DNA of 64,000 nucleotides from positions 8,033-72,032 of the forward strand of contig JAJLJS010000020.1 in assembly GCA_033844545.1 (NCBI GenBank), in the 5' to 3' direction. Below are positions 26,948 to 37,185 of this stretch, one piece after another. The translations under genes were made by a program, and so were the position numbers. Each line of letters begins with the position of its first letter. Positions within the stretch are counted from its first letter, which is position 1. The notes under the pieces were generated by a model. It worked only from the letters and a program-made list of their open reading frames with translations, ran no database searches and was not told the DNA's origin. Source of the DNA: Cyclobacteriaceae bacterium. Lineage in GTDB: Bacteria > Bacteroidota > Bacteroidia > Cytophagales > Cyclobacteriaceae.

Positions 26948-28840
26948 ATGTGTGGAATAGTAGGAGTTTTTAATCTTAATGGAGAGCCTTTTGGGCTCTC
27001 CGCACTTAAAACTATGAGCCAAAAAATTGCTCATAGAGGTCCTGATGGGGAAGGATATTTCCTTGAAAATCAAATTGCCTTTGCCCACCGGAGACTTGCC
27101 ATCCTAGATACATCGCCTAAAGGGGCCCAACCGATGACTTCAAAAGATGGAAATTGGGTGCTGGTTTTCAACGGATGTATTTATAACTATTTGGAATTGA
27201 AGCAAGAACTTCGATCCAGAGGGCATGAATTCGTCTCTACCACAGACACCGAAGTGATCGTGGAGGGATTGTCGGCTTACGGGCCGGATTTTTTCCAAAG
27301 GCTCAACGGCATGTTTGCCATTGGGGCTTGGAACAAAGAAGAACAAAGCCTTTACCTATCCCGGGACCGATTCGGGGTCAAGCCATTATATTATTGGTTT
27401 TCGGGAAAAACATTGGTCTTTTCTTCCGAAATCAAAGGAATCATCCATCATCCATCCTTCAAGGTGGAACTAAACAAGGAAGGACTGAACGAATATTTCA
27501 CCTTCCAAAACATGTTTACCTTCAATACGCTATTTAAAGGCGTGTCAATGCTTCCCCCGGCTAATACAGTCAAGATTACCTCCGAAACCACCCAAATCAG
27601 GCATCATTCCTGGTGGGATTATGACTTCTCCAGGCAGGACGATTCGCTAACTTTTGAAGATGCAATTTCTGAAACTGAGCGGCTTTTCAAAAATGCAGTT
27701 TCGCGTCAAATGATATCGGATGTACCCGTAGGGTCTTACTTATCCGGCGGAATGGATTCTGGTTCGATTGCAGCTCAGGCTAGCAAACATGTGAAGCGGT
27801 TGACCACCTTCACCTGTGGGTTTGATATGAGTGAGGTGACAGGGGTAGAGGCCAACTACGACGAGCGAAGGGATGCCGAATTGATGGCCAATCACTTCAA
27901 AACCGAACATTACGAACAGGTACTCAATGCGGGAGATATCCGGTGGTCATTGCCAAGAGTAGTATATCATTTGGAGGATTTAAGGGTGGGCATGTCTTAT
28001 CCCAACTATTACATTTCCAGATTGGCTTCCAAATTTGTCAAGGTTTGCCTTCAGGGAACGGGAGGGGATGAGTTATTCGGAGGATATCCGTGGAGATACT
28101 ATCGAATCTTCCGCTCAGTAAGCCAGCGGGAATTTTTTGATCTCTATTATGAATTTTGGCAAAGACTCGTCCCGGATCATCAGCGGGAAAAGCTTTTCAT
28201 GCCCGATACTCGAATGGAGGTTGATTTCAATCATCCCAAAACGGTTTTCGAGCGTGTCTTCACCTTTAACGACAAGCTGAATTACTCCAATCCTGAAGAT
28301 CATATCAACAACTCCCTATACTTTGAAGCAAAAACCTTTTTGCCAGGACTCCTCCTCGTGGGAGATAAGCTGAGTATGGCGAATAGTTTGGAAGAAAGAT
28401 TTCCCTTTTTAGATAATGAGTTGGTGGATTTTGCCCAAAGAATTCCTGTAAAGTATAAGTTGGGTAATTTGGAGCAAATGCTAAAAGTAAATGAAAATGA
28501 ATTCAAAAAGCGAAGCAAATCCTACCAGGAGTTTGATGATGGGAAAAATGTCTTGAGGAAGGCAATGATGAATTTCATGCCTGAAAAAATCATCAATCGC
28601 AAGAAACAAGGATTTTCAGCTCCAGACGAAAGTTGGTACCGGGGAGAAAATGCTGCCTATATCAAAGAGTTGCTTTTGGATAAAAAGACGGTTTCTTCAG
28701 AATTTATTAATCCCGAATATGTCAAATTCATCGTCAATGAACATATCAATGAACATGTAAATCACCGACTGTTGATATGGAGCTTTATGAATTTTGAATG
28801 GTGGTGTAGAATCTTCCTCAACAATGAGTCTTTCGAATGA
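26948..28840 (+). CDS. AsnB-like glutamine amidotransferase 1 (probable uronic-acid amidation)
   Basis: MCGI, HRGPD, RDRFGVKPL, LSGGMDS and GGDELFGGY motifs; polysaccharide-locus context. Confidence 0.88.
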   Translation: MCGIVGVFNLNGEPFGLSALKTMSQKIAHRGPDGEGYFLENQIAFAHRRLAILDTSPKGAQPMTSKDGNWVLVFNGCIYNYLELKQELRSRGHEFVSTTDTEVIVEGLSAYGPDFFQRLNGMFAIGAWNKEEQSLYLSRDRFGVKPLYYWFSGKTLVFSSEIKGIIHHPSFKVELNKEGLNEYFTFQNMFTFNTLFKGVSMLPPANTVKITSETTQIRHHSWWDYDFSRQDDSLTFEDAISETERLFKNAVSRQMISDVPVGSYLSGGMDSGSIAAQASKHVKRLTTFTCGFDMSEVTGVEANYDERRDAELMANHFKTEHYEQVLNAGDIRWSLPRVVYHLEDLRVGMSYPNYYISRLASKFVKVCLQGTGGDELFGGYPWRYYRIFRSVSQREFFDLYYEFWQRLVPDHQREKLFMPDTRMEVDFNHPKTVFERVFTFNDKLNYSNPEDHINNSLYFEAKTFLPGLLLVGDKLSMANSLEERFPFLDNELVDFAQRIPVKYKLGNLEQMLKVNENEFKKRSKSYQEFDDGKNVLRKAMMNFMPEKIINRKKQGFSAPDESWYRGENAAYIKELLLDKKTVSSEFINPEYVKFIVNEHINEHVNHRLLIWSFMNFEWWCRIFLNNESFE

Positions 28841-29397
28841 ATAGAAAAGAAAAGCTAGCTGATCAACCCAAGCTACTGGACCTTCTGCAGCAGCTCGAAG
28901 AATTAAAAAACGAGCTTGGAAATCATTTTCATTTGGATTTTAATCGATCTCTTCCCACGACGGATTTGCTTTTTGACCGATGGGAGAGAGCCAAATCTCT
29001 TGGATTCGGGAAAGGAAGCTCGATCTACGATTCAGCGTATGTTTTTGGAAATGTCCAAGTGGGGGAAAATACTTGGGTAGGTCCATTTTCAATCCTGGAT
29101 GGGTCGGGTGACTTGAAGATTGGGTCAAATTGCAGCATATCCGCTGGAGTCCAGATTTACTCCCATGATTCGGTTCAGTGGGCCACTTCAGGCGGTCAAG
29201 CTCCCTATGAATATTCCCCTGTTTCCATCGGGAACAATTGCTACCTAGGTCCTAATGTGGTCATCAGTTCTGGTGTGAGTTTAGGTGATGGTTGTGTAGT
29301 GGGAGCAAATAGTTTTGTCAATAAAAGTTTTCCTTCCGGAAGTAAAATTGCTGGAACCCCAGCTAAATTGATTTCCGGACCTGATTCAAATCCATGA
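28837..29397 (+). CDS. Hexapeptide-repeat acyltransferase
   Basis: LbH repeats, IYSHD and GTPAK. Confidence 0.82.
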   Translation: MNRKEKLADQPKLLDLLQQLEELKNELGNHFHLDFNRSLPTTDLLFDRWERAKSLGFGKGSSIYDSAYVFGNVQVGENTWVGPFSILDGSGDLKIGSNCSISAGVQIYSHDSVQWATSGGQAPYEYSPVSIGNNCYLGPNVVISSGVSLGDGCVVGANSFVNKSFPSGSKIAGTPAKLISGPDSNP

Positions 29398-29398
29398 G

Positions 29399-30691
29399 AT
29401 GGGGCTCCTAAAAACTATCCTGGGTTCGATTTTTCTACTTATATGGCTACCCATTTACCTGTTGATTGGAACAGTTTGGATTTTCATATTTCGAAGAAAA
29501 AACCTTCCTGAAAAGCCAAGGTTGGTTTGGGGAAGTACCCCCATCATCAATAATAAATATTGGGCTAATGCGCTCCAAGAAAAAGGATATCCATCGGAAA
29601 CCTTTACCCTTGATTTTTATGCCAGTATCAATAAGCGAGAAGACTGGGGGAGGATTCTTTCCGAAGAATTCCCTGGAGTACCTCATCCGCTAAAACCATA
29701 TTTTGCATTCCTTGATGGGATAAGAAAGTATGATATTTTCTTTATTTCCTTCGATGGTTTCTTTTTGACCAATACGCCATTAGCCTGGATTCAGGCTGCC
29801 TGGTTGAAATGGGCAGGTAAAAAGACCGTTCTATTACCGTATGGTTCTGACTCCTATGTCTACCGAAATATAAGATCTACCAGCCTGATCCATGGTCTGA
29901 TGATGTCCTATCCAGCGGCTTCCAAAAACCAGGACCAAATTGAAAAAAGAGTTAGGTATTGGACCAAACATGCCGATTTCCAATTTTCCGGAATCATGGG
30001 GCCAGATGGATTCGGAAGATGGGATGTATTGGCTCCTACCATTTTGTATCTAGATCTCAACCTTTGGAAAGCATCAGAAAGAAATAGCAAGGCTGATGGT
30101 ATTCAGGCTCCTGTGAAAATCGTCCACGCTCCAAACCACCGGGGTTTTAAAGGATCTGAATTTATTTTGGATGCTGTAAAAAAACTAAAGGATGAAGGTC
30201 TTAAGGTGGAGCTGATTCTATTGGAAAAGCTTCAAAATTCCCAAGTCAAACAAATCTTGGAACAAGAGGCTGATATTTTGGTGGAGCAGTTGATTGCTAC
30301 AGGCCATGGAATGAACGGATTGGAAGGTTTAGCCTCTGGAATACCGGTAATTTCTAATCTGGAGGATGAATCCTACACGCTGCCCTTGAAAAGGTGGTCC
30401 TATCTGAACGAATGTCCCTTGGTATCAGCCAGTCCGGAAACGATAGTGGAAGTATTGAGAAAATTAGTAACTCGCCCGGATTTGAGGCAAAAATTAGGAA
30501 AAGCAGGTCGGGCCTATGTAGAAAAGTACCACGGTTTAGATTCTTGCCAGTTTGTATTCGAAGAGATTATTGCCTTTTTGAAAGGAGAAAGAGAATCGCT
30601 AATCAATCTTTTTCACCCGCTATTGGGGGAATATCCCAACAGATTTCCAAAAATCAGTCATCCCCTCCAAAACAATAGGATCAAAGACTGA
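29399..30691 (+). CDS. GT-B glycosyltransferase (HAPxxRxxKG type)
   Basis: IVHAPNHRGFKGS, DILVEQL and EGLASGIPVI motifs. Confidence 0.75.
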   Translation: MGLLKTILGSIFLLIWLPIYLLIGTVWIFIFRRKNLPEKPRLVWGSTPIINNKYWANALQEKGYPSETFTLDFYASINKREDWGRILSEEFPGVPHPLKPYFAFLDGIRKYDIFFISFDGFFLTNTPLAWIQAAWLKWAGKKTVLLPYGSDSYVYRNIRSTSLIHGLMMSYPAASKNQDQIEKRVRYWTKHADFQFSGIMGPDGFGRWDVLAPTILYLDLNLWKASERNSKADGIQAPVKIVHAPNHRGFKGSEFILDAVKKLKDEGLKVELILLEKLQNSQVKQILEQEADILVEQLIATGHGMNGLEGLASGIPVISNLEDESYTLPLKRWSYLNECPLVSASPETIVEVLRKLVTRPDLRQKLGKAGRAYVEKYHGLDSCQFVFEEIIAFLKGERESLINLFHPLLGEYPNRFPKISHPLQNNRIKD

Positions 30692-32121
30692 TGGTTGTCA
30701 AGCAGTTAGCTAAAGATTCAGCCATCTACGGAGGAGCAGATTTAGTCTCTAAAGCCATCAGCTTTTTTACCTTTCCTTTCTTGGCAAAAGCCCTTTCACC
30801 GGAATCCTTTGGCTACTTGGAATTAATATTAACCAGCACCGCCCTTTTGGGTGTTTTGGGGAACTCTGGATTGAATAATTCGGTCCAACGCTATTACTGG
30901 GATCCAGAGGTGAAGCCAGAGGATAGAAAAGTTGTAGTCAGTTCGGGATTGATTTCTCAGCTATTCCTCCTCGGAATCGTATTGGTGATAACTTTCGGGA
31001 TTTTATTTTTTGGATTCCCTCAACTGGCTTATTCTTATCCTTTCACTTGGATAGGTGTGATTGCTTCACTTCTTCTGATGGCTGGCAACCAGTGGACCCA
31101 ATACCTGTTGGATGTTATTCGACTCCAATTTAAGCCTTGGAGGTTTTTGACCGTTTCGATGGTTTCTAGGGTGATTTCTTCCATTTTGGGCTTGGTGATC
31201 GTAGTTTACTTAAGCGGAGGAATCGACGGATTACTCAGTGTTCAAGCCTTTGTGGTATTAGCTGTTTTGCCCTTGGCGGTTTATTTTATCAAAAATGAAT
31301 TTTCCCTTTCTTGGTTTTCAAAAGACTGGGCCAAGGAATTGATCCGCTATGGATATCCCTTTATTTTTTCGGCTTTGGCGTTTTGGATTTTCACTTCACA
31401 GGACCGGTGGATGTTGGTTTCTTTTTCTTCTATTGAAGAGGTGGGGATTTATTCCGTTTCTTTTCGTTTTGCTTCTTTGACGTTGTTTGTCTCGGCTGCA
31501 TTTGGTCAAGCTTGGAGTCCTTTGGCGATGAAAATCAGAGCTGATCACCCTGATACTTATCCTAAAATTTATGGGGATATCTTACTCCTGTTGTTGTTGG
31601 CCATGATTCTTATTTCCAGTGGAATTGGTCTTTTTTCAGGAGAAATCCTAGACCTGCTCATGGGGGATGCGTATCAAGGAAGTGCTTTTCCAATGGCTAT
31701 ATTGAGTTTTGCAATAGTCTTTCAGGCCTCCCAGCAGTTGACAGGGATTGGGATTTCTTTGGAGAAAAAAACACTGCTATTTGCGCACCTTTCCTGGATA
31801 ACCACTGGGATTAATTTTGGGCTAAACTGGATTTTAATCCAACAATTTGGGGCTACCGGGGCAGCATGGGCTACCCTGATTTCTTATTTGTTCCTTACAT
31901 CAAGCTATTTCTTCTTTACCCAAAGAATGCATCCCATCCACCTAAATTATTATCGACTTTCGGCCACTTTAGCCCTGTTGGCAGGTGTGGTTTTCCTGTC
32001 TATTTTCCTCCATTCTCCGGAATTTAAATGGTCCACAGTAGGAATGAAGATTGGAATTTGGTTGGGAGTAGGAATTTTGGGTTTGAATTTTATTTCGTTT
32101 AAAACGCTTAAGAATGTCTAA
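30691..32121 (+). CDS. wzx: Wzx flippase
   Basis: 12-14 TMs; DRWML, VGIYS and FGATGAAWATLISY motifs. Confidence 0.85.
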   Translation: MVVKQLAKDSAIYGGADLVSKAISFFTFPFLAKALSPESFGYLELILTSTALLGVLGNSGLNNSVQRYYWDPEVKPEDRKVVVSSGLISQLFLLGIVLVITFGILFFGFPQLAYSYPFTWIGVIASLLLMAGNQWTQYLLDVIRLQFKPWRFLTVSMVSRVISSILGLVIVVYLSGGIDGLLSVQAFVVLAVLPLAVYFIKNEFSLSWFSKDWAKELIRYGYPFIFSALAFWIFTSQDRWMLVSFSSIEEVGIYSVSFRFASLTLFVSAAFGQAWSPLAMKIRADHPDTYPKIYGDILLLLLLAMILISSGIGLFSGEILDLLMGDAYQGSAFPMAILSFAIVFQASQQLTGIGISLEKKTLLFAHLSWITTGINFGLNWILIQQFGATGAAWATLISYLFLTSSYFFFTQRMHPIHLNYYRLSATLALLAGVVFLSIFLHSPEFKWSTVGMKIGIWLGVGILGLNFISFKTLKNV

Positions 32122-33004
32122 CATTTCTTCTGCCCTGGTCACAGGTGCGAATGGTTTATTGGGACGGCAACTGGCCAAACATCTCTCCGATTACGGAATT
32201 CAGGTTTATGGCTTGGTACATCAAGAACCCGAAGAAAAAATTGAAGGAGTCGAGTATTTGGTAGTAGACTTAGACAGTAATTGGTCGACTGATTCTCTTC
32301 CCATTAAAGTTGATACCATTGTTCATCTGGCTCAATCTGCCCATTTTCGGGAATTTCCCGAAAAAGCAATGAGTGTTTTTCAGGTGAATATTTCTTCTAC
32401 GGCAAGGCTTTTGGATTATGGCAGAAAAGTCGGAATAAAAAGCTTTGTCTTCGCTTCCTCAGGAGGTGTTTATGGATTTGGAAATCAGGCTTTTCATGAG
32501 AATTCAGCACTTACATCTCCCGGACAACTGGGCTATTATCTCGGAAGTAAGTTGGCCGGGGAGGTATTGGTCCAAAGCTATGCGGGAGTTTTTGTCGTAA
32601 ACGTGCTTAGATTTTTCTTCATTTATGGTCCACATCAGAAGAAGGGAATGCTTATGCCCCGATTAATGGATAGTATTCTGCATCATCGTCCTATCTCCCT
32701 ACAAGGGCAGGAGGGAATCCGTATCAATCCCATCCATGTGGAAGATGCTTCACTAGCCACCTATGCGGCAATTTTGCGAACTGATTCAGCAGTGTATAAT
32801 ATTTCAGGTCCTGAAATTCTCTCCCTGAAAACTGTAGCTCATCAGATGGGAGACTACTTAGGAATTGAACCTGAGTTTACCTTTGTGGATGGGGAAGCCA
32901 AAGACCTGATAGGAGATAATTCAGCGATGAAATCTTACCTCCATATCCCCACCAGAAAGTTGAATGATCACCTGGAAGAGGTAAAAAAAATAGTGACCAC
33001 CTGA
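32114..33004 (+). CDS. NAD-dependent epimerase/dehydratase (SDR)
   Basis: GANGLLG, ASSGGVYG and YLGSK motifs. Confidence 0.85.
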   Translation: MSNISSALVTGANGLLGRQLAKHLSDYGIQVYGLVHQEPEEKIEGVEYLVVDLDSNWSTDSLPIKVDTIVHLAQSAHFREFPEKAMSVFQVNISSTARLLDYGRKVGIKSFVFASSGGVYGFGNQAFHENSALTSPGQLGYYLGSKLAGEVLVQSYAGVFVVNVLRFFFIYGPHQKKGMLMPRLMDSILHHRPISLQGQEGIRINPIHVEDASLATYAAILRTDSAVYNISGPEILSLKTVAHQMGDYLGIEPEFTFVDGEAKDLIGDNSAMKSYLHIPTRKLNDHLEEVKKIVTT

Positions 33005-33017
33005 GTTTTTTGGATTA

Positions 33018-34142
33018 ATGAGAATTCTTCATTTACCAACCACCGTTGGAGGAAATCCCCAAGGAATCAGTAAACATTTGAAGCTTTTGGGTGAGGATAG
33101 CCAAACCTGGTCCCTTAGGCAGAATTATTTAGCCTATCCTGTAGATAAGGTTATTTGGAAGGATTCGGATGGATTTTTGACCAGGGAATGGAAAAGACTT
33201 CAGGCATTTTTTTATGTTTTTGAAAATTGGGATGCAGTGCATTTTAATTTTGGAACATCCTTGTTCATCCAGGAGCCTTATGTAGCAACGGATTCATGGG
33301 CCAGAAACCTGTTTCGAAAGTTCTACGCTGGATATTTGAATTTTATGCAAAAAGTAGAATTGGAAATACTAAAGCGTAGAAAAATTCCACTCTTTGTACA
33401 ATATCAGGGAGATGATGCGCGACAAGGGGATTTTTGCCTAAAGAATTTTTCCATTACCGCAGCTTCCCAGGTAGGACCTGAGTATTACAACGAAAAAACC
33501 GATTCGGAAAAAAGAAAACAAATCCAAAGAATGGCAAAATACTGCCATAAAATTTACGGACTCAACCCTGACCTTTTATATGTCTTACCGGAAAGAGCCG
33601 AGTTTTTGCCTTATTCGCACATTTCTTTTGAAGAATGGAGACCCAAATACACACAAGCCCTTGACAGACCTTTAAAAATTGGCCACGCACCAAGTAATCG
33701 AAAGGGAAAAGGTACTGATTTTGTCATACAGGCCTTGGAAGAATTGAAAATTGAAGGGTTCAGCTTTGAATGGGTTTTGATAGAAGGGGTTTCCAATGAA
33801 AAAGCGAAAGAGATCTACCAGGACATTGATGTTTTGGTAGATCAGTTGTTTTTTGGATGGTACGGAGGATTGGCCGTAGAAGCCATGTCCTTAGGAAAGC
33901 CGGTTCTGGTTTATCTTCGGGAGGAAGATTTGAAATTTATTCCTGAAGAAATGAAAAATGAACTTCCATTTATCAATGTTCATGCTGGGAGTATCAAACA
34001 AGGGCTTCGTTCCGTTTTAGAAATGCCAAGAGAGGAATTGGTCCAGCTAGGCAAAAAAAGCAGGGATTTTGTCCTAAAATGGCATGATCCTTTGGCAATT
34101 GCCCAAAGACTTTTAAATGATTACCAAAATGCAAAAAATTAA
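33018..34142 (+). CDS. GT-B glycosyltransferase (HAPxxRxxKG type)
   Basis: IGHAPSNRKGKGT, DVLVDQL and EAMSLGKPV motifs. Confidence 0.78.
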   Translation: MRILHLPTTVGGNPQGISKHLKLLGEDSQTWSLRQNYLAYPVDKVIWKDSDGFLTREWKRLQAFFYVFENWDAVHFNFGTSLFIQEPYVATDSWARNLFRKFYAGYLNFMQKVELEILKRRKIPLFVQYQGDDARQGDFCLKNFSITAASQVGPEYYNEKTDSEKRKQIQRMAKYCHKIYGLNPDLLYVLPERAEFLPYSHISFEEWRPKYTQALDRPLKIGHAPSNRKGKGTDFVIQALEELKIEGFSFEWVLIEGVSNEKAKEIYQDIDVLVDQLFFGWYGGLAVEAMSLGKPVLVYLREEDLKFIPEEMKNELPFINVHAGSIKQGLRSVLEMPREELVQLGKKSRDFVLKWHDPLAIAQRLLNDYQNAKN

Positions 34143-34153
34143 CGTGTCTGTCC

Positions 34154-36031
34154 ATGTGCGGTATAGCAGGAATTCTTTCTGAAAACCCCTCGAAAGTCTC
34201 TTTGGATCAGTTGCAAAAGATGACCGATGCGATCGTTCATCGAGGTCCAGATGGACAGGGCCATTGGATCAGTGAGGACGGAAAGATAGGTTTTGGACAT
34301 AGAAGATTGTCCATTCTGGATCTTTCGGATCTGGGAGCTCAGCCCATGCACTACCTGGGGCGTTACACACTTACGTTCAATGGGGAGATTTACAATTATT
34401 TGGAGATCAAAGAAAAACTGAAATCCAAAGGATATCATTTCCAAAGCCATTCGGATACGGAGGTATTATTGGCTCTTTTTGATGATAAAAGAGAAAAATG
34501 CCTCCAGGAATTAGACGGAATGTTTGCCTTTGCCATCCATGATTCGGAGACCGGGGAGGTTTTCTGTGCCAGAGACCGCTTTGGAGAAAAACCATTTTTC
34601 TACACCCAAGTGGATGGGGCCTTTTATTTGGGTTCGGAGATGAAAGAGTTTTGGGCGGCAGGACTTCCCAAAAATCCCGATCCTGAAATGATTTTCAATT
34701 ACCTCCATTTTGACCTGTTGGACAATCATTCAGACTTGGGCCAGACCTTTTTCATAGGTGTCAGAAAATTGGCACCGGGACATTTTTTGATATGGAAAAA
34801 TGGACAGATCCAAATTAAAAAGTATTGGGATATCAATCCAAAAGAGCAAATTTCAACCATCGAAATTGCAGAGGCCAAGGAAAAATTTAAAAGCCTTTTT
34901 GTAGAATCAGTTCAGCGAAGGCTTCGCTCTGATGTATTGGTTGGATCAAGTCTTTCCGGAGGAATCGACAGCTCTTTGGTGGTCTGTGTGATAGATCATT
35001 TGCTGAAAGATCATCCGGAATCCATCCAAAACACATTCTCTGCACGGTTCAAAAATTTTCACAAGGACGAAGGATACTTTATTCAAAAAGTAAGAGAAAA
35101 AACCCGGATCAACTCCCATGAGGTGTATAGTGAAATGGATAATCTGGAGAGTGTTTTTGATCAGATTTGTCACCACCAAGAAGAACCATTTGGCTCGGCC
35201 AGTATTCTGGTCCAATACCAAGTCTATGAGTTGGCCAAAAAACATGGAGTGACGGTACTTTTGGATGGTCAGGGAGCGGATGAAATCCTGGCAGGGTATC
35301 ATCCGTACTTCTCCACCTTTTTCAATGAGATCCGGAAATCTTCCAAAGATAGGTTTACTCAAGAGTTTGCTTCTTACTCCAAGCTTCATGAAGGAAATAA
35401 GATCAATGCCAAAATTGAAAAGCCCGGAATCAAGCAAGCATTCGCAGCCCACTTTCCCAAGCTGATGAGTACAGTGGGAAGAAAAGTGATCAATTATCGC
35501 CTTAAAAACACCACTCTGATTGCGGAGGACTTTTTCTCCACCTTCAAAACTAAGCCACACAATGACTTTGATTTTGATTTGGGAAACCTCAACAGTCACT
35601 TGTATTTTTCAACCTTTAAGGTAGGTCTGCCTACTTTGCTTCGCTATGCAGATCGTAATTCCATGGCGCATAGCCGGGAAGTTAGGTTGCCATTTTTATC
35701 CCACGAGTTAGTTGAATTTGTCTTTAGACTTCCCTCTGAACTGAAAATCCGTGAAGGCTGGACCAAATATTTGATGCGAACGGCATTTGAAGATCTTTTG
35801 CCGGAAGAAATTACCTGGAGAAAAGATAAAATAGGATTTGAACCCCCACAAAAATCTTGGATGGATGATCCCCAAACTCAGGAGAAAATCCGCCAATCCA
35901 GAGAGATTCTAAGCAAAGAGGGGATTTTGAAAAAAGGAGCAGAAAATTTGCCTATTCAATCCCAGGTTGCCAACTCCAAGGGAGACGGCAGCTGGAATCA
36001 TCTGATGGTGGCCAACTTGTTTAAAAAGTGA
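34154..36031 (+). CDS. AsnB-like glutamine amidotransferase 2
   Basis: MCGI, HRGPD, RDRFGEKP, LSGGIDSS and GQGADEILAGY motifs. Confidence 0.88.
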   Translation: MCGIAGILSENPSKVSLDQLQKMTDAIVHRGPDGQGHWISEDGKIGFGHRRLSILDLSDLGAQPMHYLGRYTLTFNGEIYNYLEIKEKLKSKGYHFQSHSDTEVLLALFDDKREKCLQELDGMFAFAIHDSETGEVFCARDRFGEKPFFYTQVDGAFYLGSEMKEFWAAGLPKNPDPEMIFNYLHFDLLDNHSDLGQTFFIGVRKLAPGHFLIWKNGQIQIKKYWDINPKEQISTIEIAEAKEKFKSLFVESVQRRLRSDVLVGSSLSGGIDSSLVVCVIDHLLKDHPESIQNTFSARFKNFHKDEGYFIQKVREKTRINSHEVYSEMDNLESVFDQICHHQEEPFGSASILVQYQVYELAKKHGVTVLLDGQGADEILAGYHPYFSTFFNEIRKSSKDRFTQEFASYSKLHEGNKINAKIEKPGIKQAFAAHFPKLMSTVGRKVINYRLKNTTLIAEDFFSTFKTKPHNDFDFDLGNLNSHLYFSTFKVGLPTLLRYADRNSMAHSREVRLPFLSHELVEFVFRLPSELKIREGWTKYLMRTAFEDLLPEEITWRKDKIGFEPPQKSWMDDPQTQEKIRQSREILSKEGILKKGAENLPIQSQVANSKGDGSWNHLMVANLFKK

Positions 36032-37170
36032 AAAAAAAGGTCCTGATACTTTCCTATTCCAAAATAGATTCTGACCCGAGAGTCTTGAGACAGATTTCAT
36101 TCTTCGAAAAGCAGAAGTTTGAAATCTATCTGAGTGGTCTGGAATATCATGGAAAATATCCCTTTTTCCCGCTTCAAAAATCCAAGAGTCCAATTTTCAA
36201 AGCCTACAAACTCGGGCTGATGCTCACCCGGCAGGCCAAACTTCGGGTAAAGGAGTTCCTATACCATAGCAGCTTAAAAGAAATGGTCTCCCTTGATTTG
36301 GATTTTATCTGGGCCAATGATCTGGAAACTTGGCCTTTGGCAATAGCGCTTCGGGAGGCACATCCTCATTCAAAGGTAGTTTTTGACGCTCATGAGCAAT
36401 ACGCTAAGGAGTTCAATGACAGACTGAGCTGGACTTGGTTTCATAAGCGATTTATTCAAAAAGTCTGCAAACTATATATTCCCCTGGCGGATGCCTTTAC
36501 CACTGTCTGTGATGGCATTGCAAAAGATTATGAAAGGGATTACGGGGTCAAAGCCAGGCTTATCCTGAATACTCCGGATTACGAGAAAGATTTGGAACCC
36601 CAACCGGTCCAAAGGAAGGTGAAATTGGTCCACCATGGGATTGCCAACCGAAGCCGAAAAATTGAGAAAATGATTCGCCTGATGGATTTTTTGGGAGAAG
36701 GCTATGAACTGAATTTGATACTGATGCCTTCTGACCGGGACTATCTCGAGGAGCTCCAGGCCATGAGCGAAGGGAAAAACATCAGGTTTTTAGCTCCCGT
36801 ACCCACCCAAGAGATTCCTCAATTTATCAGTCAGTTTGATGTAGGGCTGTTTATCTTGGAGCCTGTAAATTTCAATTACAAGTATGCCCTACCCAATAAG
36901 TTTTTTGAATTTATCCAAGCCAGATTAGCCATCGCCATAGGTCCTTCCCCAGAAATGCGAAAAATAGTAGAGGAAGAAAAAATTGGGCTTGTGGCAAACT
37001 CATTTGAAGAGAAAGAGCTTGCGCGGTTAATTTTGGAGACTACTCCGATGCAATGGATGGAAATGAAAAACAATACCCACCGGATAGCCAGGAAATATTC
37101 CAATACACAGAATGAGCTGGTTTTGCAGGATTTATTGAAATCATTGGACAGTTTGGAACTTCATTATTAA
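36028..37170 (+). CDS. GT4-like glycosyltransferase
   Basis: DPRVLRQ, FDAHE and ALPNKFFEFI motifs. Confidence 0.78.
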   Translation: MKKKVLILSYSKIDSDPRVLRQISFFEKQKFEIYLSGLEYHGKYPFFPLQKSKSPIFKAYKLGLMLTRQAKLRVKEFLYHSSLKEMVSLDLDFIWANDLETWPLAIALREAHPHSKVVFDAHEQYAKEFNDRLSWTWFHKRFIQKVCKLYIPLADAFTTVCDGIAKDYERDYGVKARLILNTPDYEKDLEPQPVQRKVKLVHHGIANRSRKIEKMIRLMDFLGEGYELNLILMPSDRDYLEELQAMSEGKNIRFLAPVPTQEIPQFISQFDVGLFILEPVNFNYKYALPNKFFEFIQARLAIAIGPSPEMRKIVEEEKIGLVANSFEEKELARLILETTPMQWMEMKNNTHRIARKYSNTQNELVLQDLLKSLDSLELHY

Positions 37171-37185
37171 GCTTTTACCGATTTA

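Noticed and set aside
26948-36031. Duplicated asparagine synthetases regulated by the nearby AsnC
   Set aside because: Both are embedded in sugar-modification modules 25 kb or more from asnC, so a polysaccharide amidotransferase role fits better.
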